Origin: Nitrospirota bacterium
Lineage (GTDB): Bacteria; Nitrospirota; UBA9217
Direction of reading: 5' to 3'
Length of the DNA: 64,000 nucleotides
NCBI GenBank assembly: GCA_963840455.1
Contig: CAWIYV010000014.1
Span: forward strand, 32,001 to 96,000
Shown: piece by piece, positions 40,700-50,396 of the stretch
Layout: every line of letters starts with the position of its first letter
Numbering within the stretch: position 1 is the first letter of the stretch
Notes under the pieces: generated by a model
Told to the model about the DNA's origin: nothing
Database searches by the model: none
The model's input: the letters and a program-made list of their open reading frames with translations, nothing else
Position numbers and translations under genes: made by a program

Positions 40700-40792
40700 T
40701 AAAAACGTAGCAGAACGTAGTTCCCTGGCGTCCAGAACGTTTACCGCATCCCTCAAGTTCTCCGGTGACAGATGACTATACCGCAGGGTCAT
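40700..40792 (-). pseudogene. C-terminal remnant of a tyrosine integrase
   Basis: MTLRYSHLSPENLRDAVNVLD resembles the catalytic-Tyr segment; it points towards the att core. Confidence 0.7.
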
Positions 40793-40948
40793 ACGGAAAT
40801 GCCAGTTAAAACTACCTCTTTGCTTACCTGCCCAGATTGCTACTGCATGTATTTTAATACTTCAACAATATAAGGCAGGAGAGATAGGACGTGATAGAAG
40901 CCTCATTTCAAGGTTCGGAATACACCTAGAAAACAAACAAATAAAGTA

Positions 40949-40977
40949 TTGACAAAATATATAGTTCAGTATACAAT
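40949..40977 (+). promoter_or_regulatory. Sigma70 promoter
   Basis: TTGACA-17 bp-TACAAT. Confidence 0.65.
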
Positions 40978-41147
40978 TATCCACAATGGAATCACTTTCT
41001 GCATACCTGCTGCCTGGAAGGGACTAATATCAACGCATGAAATATATTGCGGAGATCAAGTCAGGTCCATTCAGTGAAGGCCTTAGTTAACTCTGACAAA
41101 CTACTAGCATTATAACTTCGTATCATGAAGAAAGGAGCAATGAAACG

Positions 41148-41603
41148 ATGAAAATCATCTCGATAATCATAATCTGTGCCATTTTTGTGTCTGGGTGTGC
41201 ATCAATGTTTCATGGTACTAAAGATACCGTCTATGTTAGAAGTAATGAGCCAGAAACTACTTTTTACGCTAACAATCGTGAAATTGGTAAAGGGACCAAT
41301 GCAGTTGTAACTATTTCGAAAAATAAACTTGATTCTACAATATTGCGAGCAGAAAAAGCAGGTTGCAATGAAAAAACAACAGCGATAGAAACCGAATTTG
41401 ATGCAACGACTCTTCTTGGTATATTGATTGATTGGGGCATTATTTCGATACTTGTTATCGATTTTGGTGTAAATGGAGCTACAAGCAGAGTCGCACAAAA
41501 CGACTATGTCCTGACCCCAGAATGTGTGAAGCCATCCCAGAAGCTAATTCAACCAGCATTGCAACCTCAGCCCCAGGTATCGCAGCAGCCTGCGCAGATG
41601 TAA
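41148..41603 (+). CDS. Lipoprotein (PEGA-like)
   Basis: Lipobox VSGC-ASMFHG; AAGGAG RBS; terminator at ~41655-41680. Confidence 0.75.
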   Translation: MKIISIIIICAIFVSGCASMFHGTKDTVYVRSNEPETTFYANNREIGKGTNAVVTISKNKLDSTILRAEKAGCNEKTTAIETEFDATTLLGILIDWGIISILVIDFGVNGATSRVAQNDYVLTPECVKPSQKLIQPALQPQPQVSQQPAQM

Positions 41604-41850
41604 TTTAACAAAATCAGGGAATAAGATATATCACATAAATATAAAGAATTATTCGGGTCTGGGAAACCAGACCCTTTTTTATTCCTCATCATCCTGTTTC
41701 TTTGTGGTATCAGAGGCTGATGATGCTGATTAAGCGTTGGTTTTGCTCCTTCATGAGTTATCTATTTTTTAGACCAACCATTCAGGCTGATTCATACAAG
41801 GAGAATCACCTCTTCATGTAATCGCACAGTACGATGTACTAAACAATGTT

Positions 41851-42245
41851 ATAACGTAACAAAAACGTGACTGAAGCTAGCTTACCGTCTAGAATAACTG
41901 GAAAATACTGGACTGGATAGAAGTAGATAAATCGTTGATTATCGCTAATAAATAGAAAAACTCAGGTAAGAGGCACATTTAGTAAAATCGTTCAGTTTCA
42001 ACTTTCACGGCGATAACGCGGGTGTAAACGCTCAGATGAAGAGGCTTCGCGCTTCGTCGTTCAAGGTAGAAAAAAATATTAGGTATGCCGGTTGCTCCGG
42101 CATGTACGATCGAATCCAGGAGCGAGCGCATTCCCCGTTAGCTTGCTAGGGGGGTTAGCGAGCGATTAGGATAAACAATCTTCCCTGAGGATCGAAGATT
42201 CCCTGCAGCTCTCAGCAGGGAGCTTCAATCCCCCTGGGGACGCCA
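41851..42245 (+). repeat. Terminal att-like arm plus tRNA-Glu 3' copy carrying two inserts
   Basis: Arm homologous to 26882 and 27606; 86-nt insert at 42024-42109 and palindromic element at 42115-42228 inside the T arm. Confidence 0.85.
42115..42228 (+). mobile_element. PATE-like miniature element inserted in the tRNA fragment
   Basis: Removing it restores tcgaatccccctggggacgcca exactly. Confidence 0.8.
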
Positions 42246-42501
42246 ATCAATTTCAAAGAGCTGCCGATCTTCGGCAGCTCTTTTTCGTTTTCCTTTCCGC
42301 ATTCCCGTATTTGTCGGTTCAGGCCTGACCCACGACGGCCCGAGCTTGCAGTCATCCCGCCATGCGTCTGTATCCTGCATCGATCAAGCGAGAGTTGTTT
42401 CAACCACCGCTTCGCATCGGCGCTTCATCCAACCAAAACAACCCGGTCGTTTTCGCCGACAGTCTTGATTAACATCCAGATTAATGCTATTCTCATCTGA
42501 A

Positions 42502-42613
42502 TCCAGGAACGAGCGCATTCCCCGCAGATTGCTGCGGGGTTAGCGAGCGATTAGAATAAACATATTACCCTGAGGATCGAAGATTCCCTGCAGCTTGCTG
42601 CAGGGAGCTTCAA
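42502..42613 (+). mobile_element. PATE-like miniature element, best-preserved copy
   Basis: TCCAGG...ccccgcagattgctgcgggg...ccctgcagcttgctgcaggg...GCTTCAA. Confidence 0.75.
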
Positions 42614-42662
42614 TTCATGGCCTTCATTCTCCGCCTGCGATCAAGAAAGGATTTCCAGCAAC

Positions 42663-43385
42663 GTGGCTCGAGATGTCAGGAACCTCCTCATCGTCGACAA
42701 CAGAGCGGCCTCGCTGTTCTACTGGGGTATGCTGCTGAAGCGGCTCGACTACAAGGTTGTGAGCAAGCGGAGCGCCGAAGAGGCCTTGAAGGCGCTCGAG
42801 GACTCGCGGCCGACGGTCGTGCTGACCGATGTCGCCCTTCCCGGCATGGACGGTGTTGCCCTGTTGAAAGCGATCAAGGAGGATCCGCGGTACCGGGACA
42901 TCCCGGTGGTCATGCTCGCCTCAACGGACGACGCGGCAACGAAGGATGCCTGCACGCGCCTGGGGTGCGCTGCCTGGTTCCCGAAGGACGTGGAGCCCGA
43001 TGACCTGTACCAGAAGCTCCAGTCACTCATCGAGACGACGCCGCGGTCGCACATCCGGCTGAACACCTCGGTGAAGGTGGTCGTAGGGGACGGTACGACG
43101 ATGGGCGGATCAGCGCGGACCGAGTTCGCGTCTGCCATCTCCGAGGGAGGCCTTTACGTGCGGACGCGGTACCCGCAGCCGCAGAACGCGCTCACACCGG
43201 TCCGGATCCTTCTTAACGGCATCGAGGTCCGGGCAAAGACCGTGGTCGTCTACAGCTATGCAAAGAACGAAGGCCCCTATAAGGAGCCGGGCATGGGCGT
43301 CAAGTTCGTCGAGATCTCCGACCAGGACCGGCGTCTCATCCGGACGTTCATCAATGAGCAGCTGACGAAAGATATCACGCACTGA
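42663..43385 (+). CDS. Response regulator with receiver and PilZ domains
   Basis: LTDVALPGMDG, IPVVML; RSHIR, ISEGGLYV, PGMGVKF. Confidence 0.85.
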   Translation: MARDVRNLLIVDNRAASLFYWGMLLKRLDYKVVSKRSAEEALKALEDSRPTVVLTDVALPGMDGVALLKAIKEDPRYRDIPVVMLASTDDAATKDACTRLGCAAWFPKDVEPDDLYQKLQSLIETTPRSHIRLNTSVKVVVGDGTTMGGSARTEFASAISEGGLYVRTRYPQPQNALTPVRILLNGIEVRAKTVVVYSYAKNEGPYKEPGMGVKFVEISDQDRRLIRTFINEQLTKDITH

Positions 43386-43532
43386 TCCCGGCGTTGTCCG
43401 CGGCCCCCGGTCACCTGCTGCAACCGCTGCTTGCTCGTTTCCTGCGTGATATCGATAATCCTGAACACGACCTGAACCGCTGATGGGAACGCAGAAGAGG
43501 CGGATAACTGCGGATCTTTCCTCTGCAGGAAG

Positions 43533-43578
43533 TTGAAGCTCCCTGACGCAAGCTACAGGGAGTGCGCTCGCTCCTGGA
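43533..43578 (-). repeat. Internally deleted copy of the PATE-like element
   Basis: Both ends retained around a single hybrid hairpin; similar short copies at 11437-11483 and 15277-15305. Confidence 0.65.
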
Positions 43579-43712
43579 TGCATCCGGCGGGCGAATGTTT
43601 TGCTGTGGATCGTATCCGCTCTTATCACGATGGGAATCCCCTTCTGACCTGTCCGCATGCTTTTTCTCGCATAAGGACGATCGGTTGCACCATCAGCGTC
43701 AGAGGCGAAAGC

Positions 43713-44909
43713 ATGTTCCTTGCCGACATTGCAAAGAAGACCTGGATGATGGTCGTCGAGATCCTTTTCTCCTTCCGGAGGAACAACGACTTCGCGGCGG
43801 CCTCGTCGCTTGCCTTCTCGGCCATGCTCGCGATCATCCCTGCGCTCTTCCTTCTCACCGCGCTGCTTAGCCTTGCCATCGGGTCGTCGCAGGAAGCGTT
43901 CCGCAGGGTCCAGGAAATGGCCACACAGGTCATTCCGAGCTACAGCCAGGAGATCGTGAAGGAGGTCCAGTACATCACCCAGCACATCCGGACCTTCGGC
44001 GCGCTGAACATCCTGGTCTTTCTCTTCGCCGTGACTCCCCTGGTGTCCGACATGCGGAGCGCACTCGCTGCGATCTTCCGAAGCCATGCCGGCAGGCCGT
44101 ACCTGCTCGAAAAGCTCATCGACCTGGCCCTCACCGTCGTCTTCCTGCTGGGGATCACGGCCATCGCGGCGGCCGGCGTTGTATTTACGTTCGCAGAAAA
44201 ATGGCTCTACATCCCGAACCTGCCGGCCTACCTCAGCGGCGTCATGCAGTATGTGTTCATTGCGCTCGCCTTCTTCCTGCTGTACCTGGCATTCTCGCGG
44301 AAATTCCGACCGACGAACCTTGCGGTTGGGGCGCTCGCAAGCGGGGCGCTCTGGTATCTCATGGGGCCGCTGTTCTACATGTTCCTGGCCTATAACCCCG
44401 GCTACGGTCTTGCCTTCGGGTCCTTCAAGTCGCTTTTCGTGGTCATCATCTGGATCTATTATTCCTTCGTCGTTTTCCTGCTCGGGGCGGAGATCGCCAC
44501 CGTCCTGGAGCGGCGCGAGACGGTCTTCCTCAAGCACTTGATGGCGGGGAAGAAGGACCTCCCGGCAGCGGTCGCAGACCGTTTCATCACGCGGTATGCT
44601 CCAGGGGAAACGATCTTCACCGAGGGCGACGCGGGCGATGAGATGTTCTCCGTGCTGAAAGGGGCCGTCGCCATACGCAAGGGAGAGCGTGAGCTTTTCA
44701 GGATCGGCGCAGGCCAATACTTCGGCGTGGTCTCCTTCCTGCTTGCGACACCAAGGATCGCCGCAGCCGTTGCCGTGGAGGACGCGGAGCTGGTCGTGAT
44801 CACTCGGCAGAACATCACCAACCTGATGAACGAGTCGCCGGAGTTCATCCTCTCCATGCTGCGGGAGACCGCGCTGCGCCTGCGGGAGACGAACAAGCTG
44901 TTCGAGTGA
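43713..44909 (+). CDS. YihY/BrkB-family membrane protein fused to a cNMP-binding domain
   Basis: AASSLAF...IPAL, FGSF..L.V..IWIYYS...LLGAE; IFTEGD.GDEMF.V..G.V, G.YFG, PR.A.A.A. Confidence 0.82.
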   Translation: MFLADIAKKTWMMVVEILFSFRRNNDFAAASSLAFSAMLAIIPALFLLTALLSLAIGSSQEAFRRVQEMATQVIPSYSQEIVKEVQYITQHIRTFGALNILVFLFAVTPLVSDMRSALAAIFRSHAGRPYLLEKLIDLALTVVFLLGITAIAAAGVVFTFAEKWLYIPNLPAYLSGVMQYVFIALAFFLLYLAFSRKFRPTNLAVGALASGALWYLMGPLFYMFLAYNPGYGLAFGSFKSLFVVIIWIYYSFVVFLLGAEIATVLERRETVFLKHLMAGKKDLPAAVADRFITRYAPGETIFTEGDAGDEMFSVLKGAVAIRKGERELFRIGAGQYFGVVSFLLATPRIAAAVAVEDAELVVITRQNITNLMNESPEFILSMLRETALRLRETNKLFE

Positions 44910-45044
44910 GTCGCGTGAGTCGAGTGCGGAGAGAGAACAGAAGATAAAAGAAAGACACCTTCAAGGGGACGCGGATGTCCGCGGATAGAACAAGACCGGA
45001 CCCGGGGACCGGGAGCCACATCTCACATCATGACAGGAGAGTCT

Positions 45045-46724
45045 ATGGCCTTTGACTTCAGTGCGAAAAACTATGAGGAAGCACTGCGGAAATTCTCGAT
45101 CACGGTGCCGGAGCATTTCAACTTCGGGTTCGATGTGATCGACCGGCATGCGGAGGAGGAGAACAAGCGCGCACTGGTCTGGACCGATGCGGGCGGCGTG
45201 CAATCGAAGGAGTATACCTTCCGGGACATCAAGCTGCTTTCCAACCAGGCGGCGAACGCGCTGCGCGGCGCAGGGGTGAAGAAAGGCGACCGGGTGTTCA
45301 TCATGCTCGGCCGCGTCCCCGAGTGGTTCTTCATCCTCGTGGCCTGCCACAAGCTGGGAGTCGTGATCATGCCGGCGCCCGTCATCCTCACCGTGGGCGA
45401 CATTGAGTACCGCATCACGAAGGGCCGGGCGAACGCGGTCATCACGAACAACGCGAACCATGCCAAGGTGGACGAAGCGGTGAAAAAGATCGATGCTCCC
45501 TTCCTGCGGAACAAGTTCCTTTCTGATGGCGCTGCCCCGGGCTGGGCCGACTTCGCGAGGTTGATGGAAAAGGCCTCTCCTGATCTGCCCCCTACCGCTG
45601 TGGAGCGGACCAGGTCAAGCGATCCCTTCCTCATCTACTTCACGTCCGGCACCACCAAATACCCCAAGATGGTGCTGCATGTCTGCTCCTACCCCCTGGG
45701 CCATCTGCGCACCGCAGGACTGTGGCACGACCTGAAGGAGAAGGACCTCATCTGGGTCGTCTCGGACACGGGCTGGGCCAAGTCCGCCTGGGGCCTCTAT
45801 GGGCAGTGGACCATCGGGGCCGGGCTGTTCATCCACAACGCCGAGGGCAGGTTCAACGCTAAGCTGACGCTTGACCTCCTGACGAAGCGGGGCGTGACCG
45901 TATTCTGCGGACCGCCGACGGTCTACCGCATGCTGATCCTGGAAGACCTCACCAAGTACGATTATTCGCAGGTCAGGCACTTCACCTCGGCGGGAGAACC
46001 GCTGAACCCCGAAGTGATCAAAGTATGGCAGGAAGCAGCGGGGAAGATCATCCATGAGGGGTACGGCCAGACCGAGACCACGGTCATTGTGGGGAACTAT
46101 CCGTTCATGGCGGTGAAACCCGGCTCCATGGGAAGACCGGTGCCGGGCCTGGACATCGACATTCTGGACGAGGACCACCAGTCGGTCCATACCGGCGAGG
46201 TGGGCTTCATCTGCGTCAAAGCGGACCAGGAGAGGCCGGTCGGGATCTTCGAGGAGTACCTGGAGAATCCCGAGGAGAACGCCGCCGTGTTCCAGCACGG
46301 CTGGTACAACACCGGCGACAAGGCATACCGTGATGAAGACGGCTATTATACCTTCATCGGCCGCGGCGATGATATCATTAAGGCCTCGGGGTACCGCATC
46401 GGTCCGTTCGAGGTGGAGAGCGTGATTCAGGAACACCCGGCGGTAGCCGAGAATGCCGTGGTCGCGAGCCCGGACATCGTCCGCGGCGAGATCGTCAAGG
46501 CCTTCATCGTGCTGGCGCCGGGCTTCGTCGCGTCGGACAGGCTCATCAGCGAGATCCAGGATTTCGTGAAGGAGCGGACCGCGCCGTATAAGTACCCCCG
46601 CGAGATCGAGTTCATGGACGAACTGCCCAAGACCATCAGCGGCAAGATCAAACGCGCCGTGCTCCGGACGCGGGAACTGGAGAAGAAGATGGGGAAGGGA
46701 GGGCTGAGTGCAGGGAAAATATAA
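45045..46724 (+). CDS. Acyl-CoA synthetase (AMP-forming, medium-chain/ACSM type)
   Basis: YFTSGTTKYPK, SAGEPLNP, EGYGQTET, GRGDD...SGYRIGPFEVES, PKTISGK. Confidence 0.93.
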   Translation: MAFDFSAKNYEEALRKFSITVPEHFNFGFDVIDRHAEEENKRALVWTDAGGVQSKEYTFRDIKLLSNQAANALRGAGVKKGDRVFIMLGRVPEWFFILVACHKLGVVIMPAPVILTVGDIEYRITKGRANAVITNNANHAKVDEAVKKIDAPFLRNKFLSDGAAPGWADFARLMEKASPDLPPTAVERTRSSDPFLIYFTSGTTKYPKMVLHVCSYPLGHLRTAGLWHDLKEKDLIWVVSDTGWAKSAWGLYGQWTIGAGLFIHNAEGRFNAKLTLDLLTKRGVTVFCGPPTVYRMLILEDLTKYDYSQVRHFTSAGEPLNPEVIKVWQEAAGKIIHEGYGQTETTVIVGNYPFMAVKPGSMGRPVPGLDIDILDEDHQSVHTGEVGFICVKADQERPVGIFEEYLENPEENAAVFQHGWYNTGDKAYRDEDGYYTFIGRGDDIIKASGYRIGPFEVESVIQEHPAVAENAVVASPDIVRGEIVKAFIVLAPGFVASDRLISEIQDFVKERTAPYKYPREIEFMDELPKTISGKIKRAVLRTRELEKKMGKGGLSAGKI

Positions 46725-46775
46725 CCGGGGCGGGACCGCGTTCCTCTCCATCGCGAACAGAGTGAAGAAAATCCC

Positions 46776-47459
46776 ATGAATACGATCCCCCTCAGTTTCG
46801 CTCCGAACAGGAACAAGCTCTATGCCCGGGCGGCTGCTCTGGCGCTGATCACCATCTTCTACAACATTGGCGAAGGGCTGGTGTCGGTCTTCTTCGGCCT
46901 GGAGGATGAGAGCTTCGCGCTTTTCGGGTTTGGGCTGGATTCCTTCGTCGAAGTCGCGTCAGGCATCGGCATCTGGCACATGATCGGTCGGATCAGGCGG
47001 AATGAGGGGGAGAACGCCGACCGTTTCGAGAAGACGGCGCTCAGGATAACCGGCGGCGGATTCACTGTCCTGACTGTCGGGCTCTCGATCACCGCTGCCA
47101 TCAACCTCTATCAGGGCCACAAACCCGAGACGACCTTCTGGGGCATCGTGATATCGCTCGTCTCCATCTGCACCATGTGGCTGCTGATCCATTACAAGGT
47201 GAAGGTTGGGAGGGAGCTTAATTCGCAGGCCATCCTGTCCGATGCTGCATGCACGAGGGCATGTCTCCAGCTGTCCATCGTCCTGCTCGTTGCGAGCGTG
47301 GGGTATACGTTTACCGGAATCGGAGGCTTTGATTCATTGGGGACGTTCGTGATCGCGGCGCTGTGTTATCGCGAGGGAAAAGAGGCCTTCGAGAAGGCAA
47401 GGGCGGGGAGCTTCGCGTGCACCTGCGGGGGCGCGTGTCACAGCGAGCAGAACCATTGA
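46776..47459 (+). CDS. Cation-efflux-like transporter lacking the C-terminal domain
   Basis: YNIGEG.VS, GFGLDSFVE, ~6 TM; Cys/His tail CTCGGACH. Confidence 0.75.
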   Translation: MNTIPLSFAPNRNKLYARAAALALITIFYNIGEGLVSVFFGLEDESFALFGFGLDSFVEVASGIGIWHMIGRIRRNEGENADRFEKTALRITGGGFTVLTVGLSITAAINLYQGHKPETTFWGIVISLVSICTMWLLIHYKVKVGRELNSQAILSDAACTRACLQLSIVLLVASVGYTFTGIGGFDSLGTFVIAALCYREGKEAFEKARAGSFACTCGGACHSEQNH

Positions 47460-47597
47460 ACCGCTAAGGCGCGAAGGACGCGAAGGGAAACAAGTCAACG
47501 TCTTGATTCTGGTTTTAATAACAAAAAACGTCTTTGCCTTTGCCGTCCTCGCGCTCTTCGCGCCTTCGCGGTAAAAAAGTCTTGATTTAGACATTCC

Positions 47598-47999
47598 TCA
47601 AGATCGATGTGTCAAGGGAAAGTCTTTTCTGCTAATCACATGCACGTGGACCTTCTCGTCGTTGCCTCGTAATTCCTCGAACTGCCTTCCCGCAGCCTGC
47701 CGTACTTCGTCTGGCTCATCTGCCACCAGCACCAGCCTGAACCGGTTCAAGCCTTTTTCGTCCCGCTCTTTTTTCCCTGCATTCACCAAGATAGGCAAAT
47801 GCTCCGCGATACATCCCGCTGTGCCCGCTTCAGCGATATGTACGAGCAGACGATTCCCGATGATGATCGCACTGTCCAGGACGATGAAGCTGTTCAACCG
47901 CACATTCCTTTGGATGTCGATGGACTGGAAGACCACTTCCGGACAGCTGCAGCCGAGGGTATTCTGGACGAAGCGCTTGATCTGTTCAGGGGAGGGCAT
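47598..47999 (-). CDS. Hypothetical protein
   Basis: 133-aa ORF closely following pit; LGCSCP motif. Confidence 0.7.
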   Translation of the reverse strand: MPSPEQIKRFVQNTLGCSCPEVVFQSIDIQRNVRLNSFIVLDSAIIIGNRLLVHIAEAGTAGCIAEHLPILVNAGKKERDEKGLNRFRLVLVADEPDEVRQAAGRQFEELRGNDEKVHVHVISRKDFPLTHRS

Positions 48000-48011
48000 G
48001 TTACCGATGGG

Positions 48012-48989
48012 TCACTTCTCGATCATCCTGAGGATGCCCCAGGCGGCTGCGATACAGAAGGGAAGCGTCAGGACCCAGGCCATGACGATCTTGCCGGCGA
48101 TGCCCCAGCGGACTGCTGAGAGGCGCTTAGTGGCGCCCACGCCGAGGATGGCGGTCGAGACCACATGGGTCGTGCTTACGGGAAGGCCCCAGTGGCTGGA
48201 GACGAGGATGATCGCAGCAGAGGACGTTTCCGCGGCGAAGCCGTGAATGGGTTCGAGCTTCAGCATCTTGTGCCCCAGGGTCTTGATGATCTTCCATCCG
48301 CCGAAGATGGTTCCGAAGCCCATCGCGAGCGCGCAGGTCAGAACGACCCAGGTCGGCACATCGAGCGTCTTGATCTTGCCTGCGGCGAAGAGCGCCATGG
48401 TGATGATGCCCATGGCCTTCTGCGCATCGTTGGACCCGTGGCCGAAGGCCATGAAGGACGACGACACGATCTGGAGGCGGCCGAAGTACTTGCTGATGGT
48501 TCCCGGCGCCAGGTGGCCGAAGAAGTAGAGGATGGCCTTCATGAAGCCGTAGCCGATGACGAAGCCGAGGAGGGGGGAGATGAGGAGCGACAGGAATATC
48601 TTCGTGATGCCGTTGCCGTTCAGAATGCTGATGCCGCCATGGGCCATTGCAGCACCGATGAGGCCACCGACGAGTGCGTGGGAAGAGCTGACCGGCAGAC
48701 CCATCAGGATGGTAATCAAGTTCCAGATAATGGCGGAGAGGAGGGCAGCGATGATGACCTGGTCGGTGATGCCCGCCGGGTCCACGATCCCCGTGCCGAT
48801 GGTCTTGGCCACGGCGGTGGTCAGGAAGGCCCCGAGGATGTTCATGAAGGCCGCGATGGCGACGGCCGCGCCCGGGGACAGGACCTTGGTCGAGACGACC
48901 GTGGCGATGGCGTTGGCGCAGTCGTGCCAGCCGTTGGCGATGTCGAAGAGCACCGCAAGGAAGATGATGATGATCAGGATATCAGGCAT
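48012..48989 (-). CDS. pit: Inorganic phosphate transporter (PiT family)
   Basis: NGWHDCANAIAT, GLPVSSSHAL, HGSNDAQK, PVSTTH. Confidence 0.95.
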   Translation of the reverse strand: MPDILIIIIFLAVLFDIANGWHDCANAIATVVSTKVLSPGAAVAIAAFMNILGAFLTTAVAKTIGTGIVDPAGITDQVIIAALLSAIIWNLITILMGLPVSSSHALVGGLIGAAMAHGGISILNGNGITKIFLSLLISPLLGFVIGYGFMKAILYFFGHLAPGTISKYFGRLQIVSSSFMAFGHGSNDAQKAMGIITMALFAAGKIKTLDVPTWVVLTCALAMGFGTIFGGWKIIKTLGHKMLKLEPIHGFAAETSSAAIILVSSHWGLPVSTTHVVSTAILGVGATKRLSAVRWGIAGKIVMAWVLTLPFCIAAAWGILRMIEK

Positions 48990-49599
48990 TTTTCAGGACG
49001 ATCCCTTCGAGCACGTTGGCGATGTCCTCGGCGCGGTCCGAGGCATCCTCGAAGAGCTGGTAGATGTCCTTCCACTTGATGATGGTGATGGGGTCGCTGT
49101 TGCCGTTCAGGAGGCTGCCGAGGGCGTCGCGGTACTTCCGGTCGATGCGGTTCTCGAGCCGGTTGATCTCGATGCAGTGCTCCTGCACGAGGTCGTATTG
49201 CTTCGCCCGAAGCTCGCGCAGGGCCTTCTTCAGGATGTCCGCCGTCATCTGCAGGTCCTCGGCGATGGAGATGACCTCCCGCGTCGGCTTCTCGATCTTG
49301 TACACGACCATCCTGTCCACGGCGGCCCAGATCAGGTCGAGAACGTCGTCGATCCGCGCGGCGAGTGCATGGATGTCCTCGCGGTCGATGGGGGTGAGGA
49401 AGGTCAGGTTCAGCTCCTTCATGATGTCATGGGTGAGCATGTCTCCGTCCTGCTCGAACTCATAGATGGCCTTTGCCTTCTTCTCGAAGGTCTCAAAGTT
49501 ATTGAGCATGTCAACGAGGACGTTGGTGGTCTTGGAGAGGTTGTCGAGGGCTCGGTCGAAGATCTCAAAGAAATCGATCTTTTTAGGGAAGAGGGCCAT
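48982..49599 (-). CDS. DUF47/PhoU-like phosphate transport regulator
   Basis: EQDGD, TFLTPIDREDI, LENRID, KWKDIY; overlaps the pit start. Confidence 0.9.
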   Translation of the reverse strand: MALFPKKIDFFEIFDRALDNLSKTTNVLVDMLNNFETFEKKAKAIYEFEQDGDMLTHDIMKELNLTFLTPIDREDIHALAARIDDVLDLIWAAVDRMVVYKIEKPTREVISIAEDLQMTADILKKALRELRAKQYDLVQEHCIEINRLENRIDRKYRDALGSLLNGNSDPITIIKWKDIYQLFEDASDRAEDIANVLEGIVLKNA

Positions 49600-49974
49600 G
49601 GTGACGTACCAAATCTCCTTCGGCGTGAATTTGCGGAATGTCTCGGGGACCGGACATAAAAGTAGCATACCCAGGGGGGAAATTGCAAATGAAAATTCCT
49701 CATGAGAAGATAGGAAACGGAGCAGGGGACCAACATCCGTTTCATTGGGTGGCCCGGGGTATGGGTAAGGCAAGAGCAGAGGCGAATGACGTTGGTTCAC
49801 GCAGTTCCAAAAGCCCCTGCGGTCCGTGAGCACTACGGTGCACAGGCATGCGTCACGGAAGCATGGCAGATCACCGTGTCGTTTCCAGCACGTGCGCCAG
49901 CGGAAGTGCTGAGGATAGGACAGAGCGGACGAAGGATACCACGGACAAACTGCATGCCTGCAGCGCAGTGCGAA

Positions 49975-50084
49975 TCCAGGAGCGAGCGCATTCCCGGCTG
50001 TTCCTTGTGGGAATAGCGAGCGATTAGAATAGCTTAATGCCTTGAGGATCGAAGCTCCAAAGCAGTTTCAATTGGGAGCTTCAA
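49975..50084 (+). mobile_element. Degenerate PATE-like element
   Basis: tccaggagcgagcgcattccc...tagcgagcgattagaata...tgaggatcgaag...gggagcttcaa. Confidence 0.7.
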
Positions 50085-50222
50085 CCGGACCGCAGAAAAA
50101 AAACGATTCTCCTTTTGGGCAGCTCGAGGGCTGGGAAAGGCTTGCACAGGAAAATAAATAATACAAAAAAAGGCGATGAACAGTTAAGTTCATCGCCTCG
50201 GTCGTGATGCGGATAGGGCCTG

Positions 50223-50396
50223 TTACACGATCTTCGATTCTTTCCAGCACTTGTCGCAGAGCCACATCATACCGCGTACCTTGCCGGTGGTGGTCATCAT
50301 CTTGGCGGCCTGCATCGGCTTGCCGCAGCACTGGGGGTTGTTGCTCACGACGGCCTTCTTGGTGGCCGCTTTCGCTGTTTTGCTTAATTCTGCCAT
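50223..50396 (-). CDS. 57-aa Cys-rich small protein (not in the ORF track)
   Basis: MAELSKTAK...PQCCGKPM...WLCDKCWKESKIV; GGAGG RBS; terminator at ~50165-50198. Confidence 0.75.
   Translation of the reverse strand: MAELSKTAKAATKKAVVSNNPQCCGKPMQAAKMMTTTGKVRGMMWLCDKCWKESKIV

Larger units (their letters stand above)
24087..42245. mobile_element. Tandem array of integrase-less genomic islets at tRNA-Glu
   Basis: Five further copies of the tRNA-Glu 3' half ending at ~24285, 27079, 27802, 40657 and 42245; AT-richer composition; only an integrase remnant is present. Confidence 0.85.

Noticed and set aside
24009-42245. CRISPR array or classical integron
   Set aside because: The repeats are tRNA 3' halves spaced by 0.2-13 kb; no cas genes, intI or convincing attC sites
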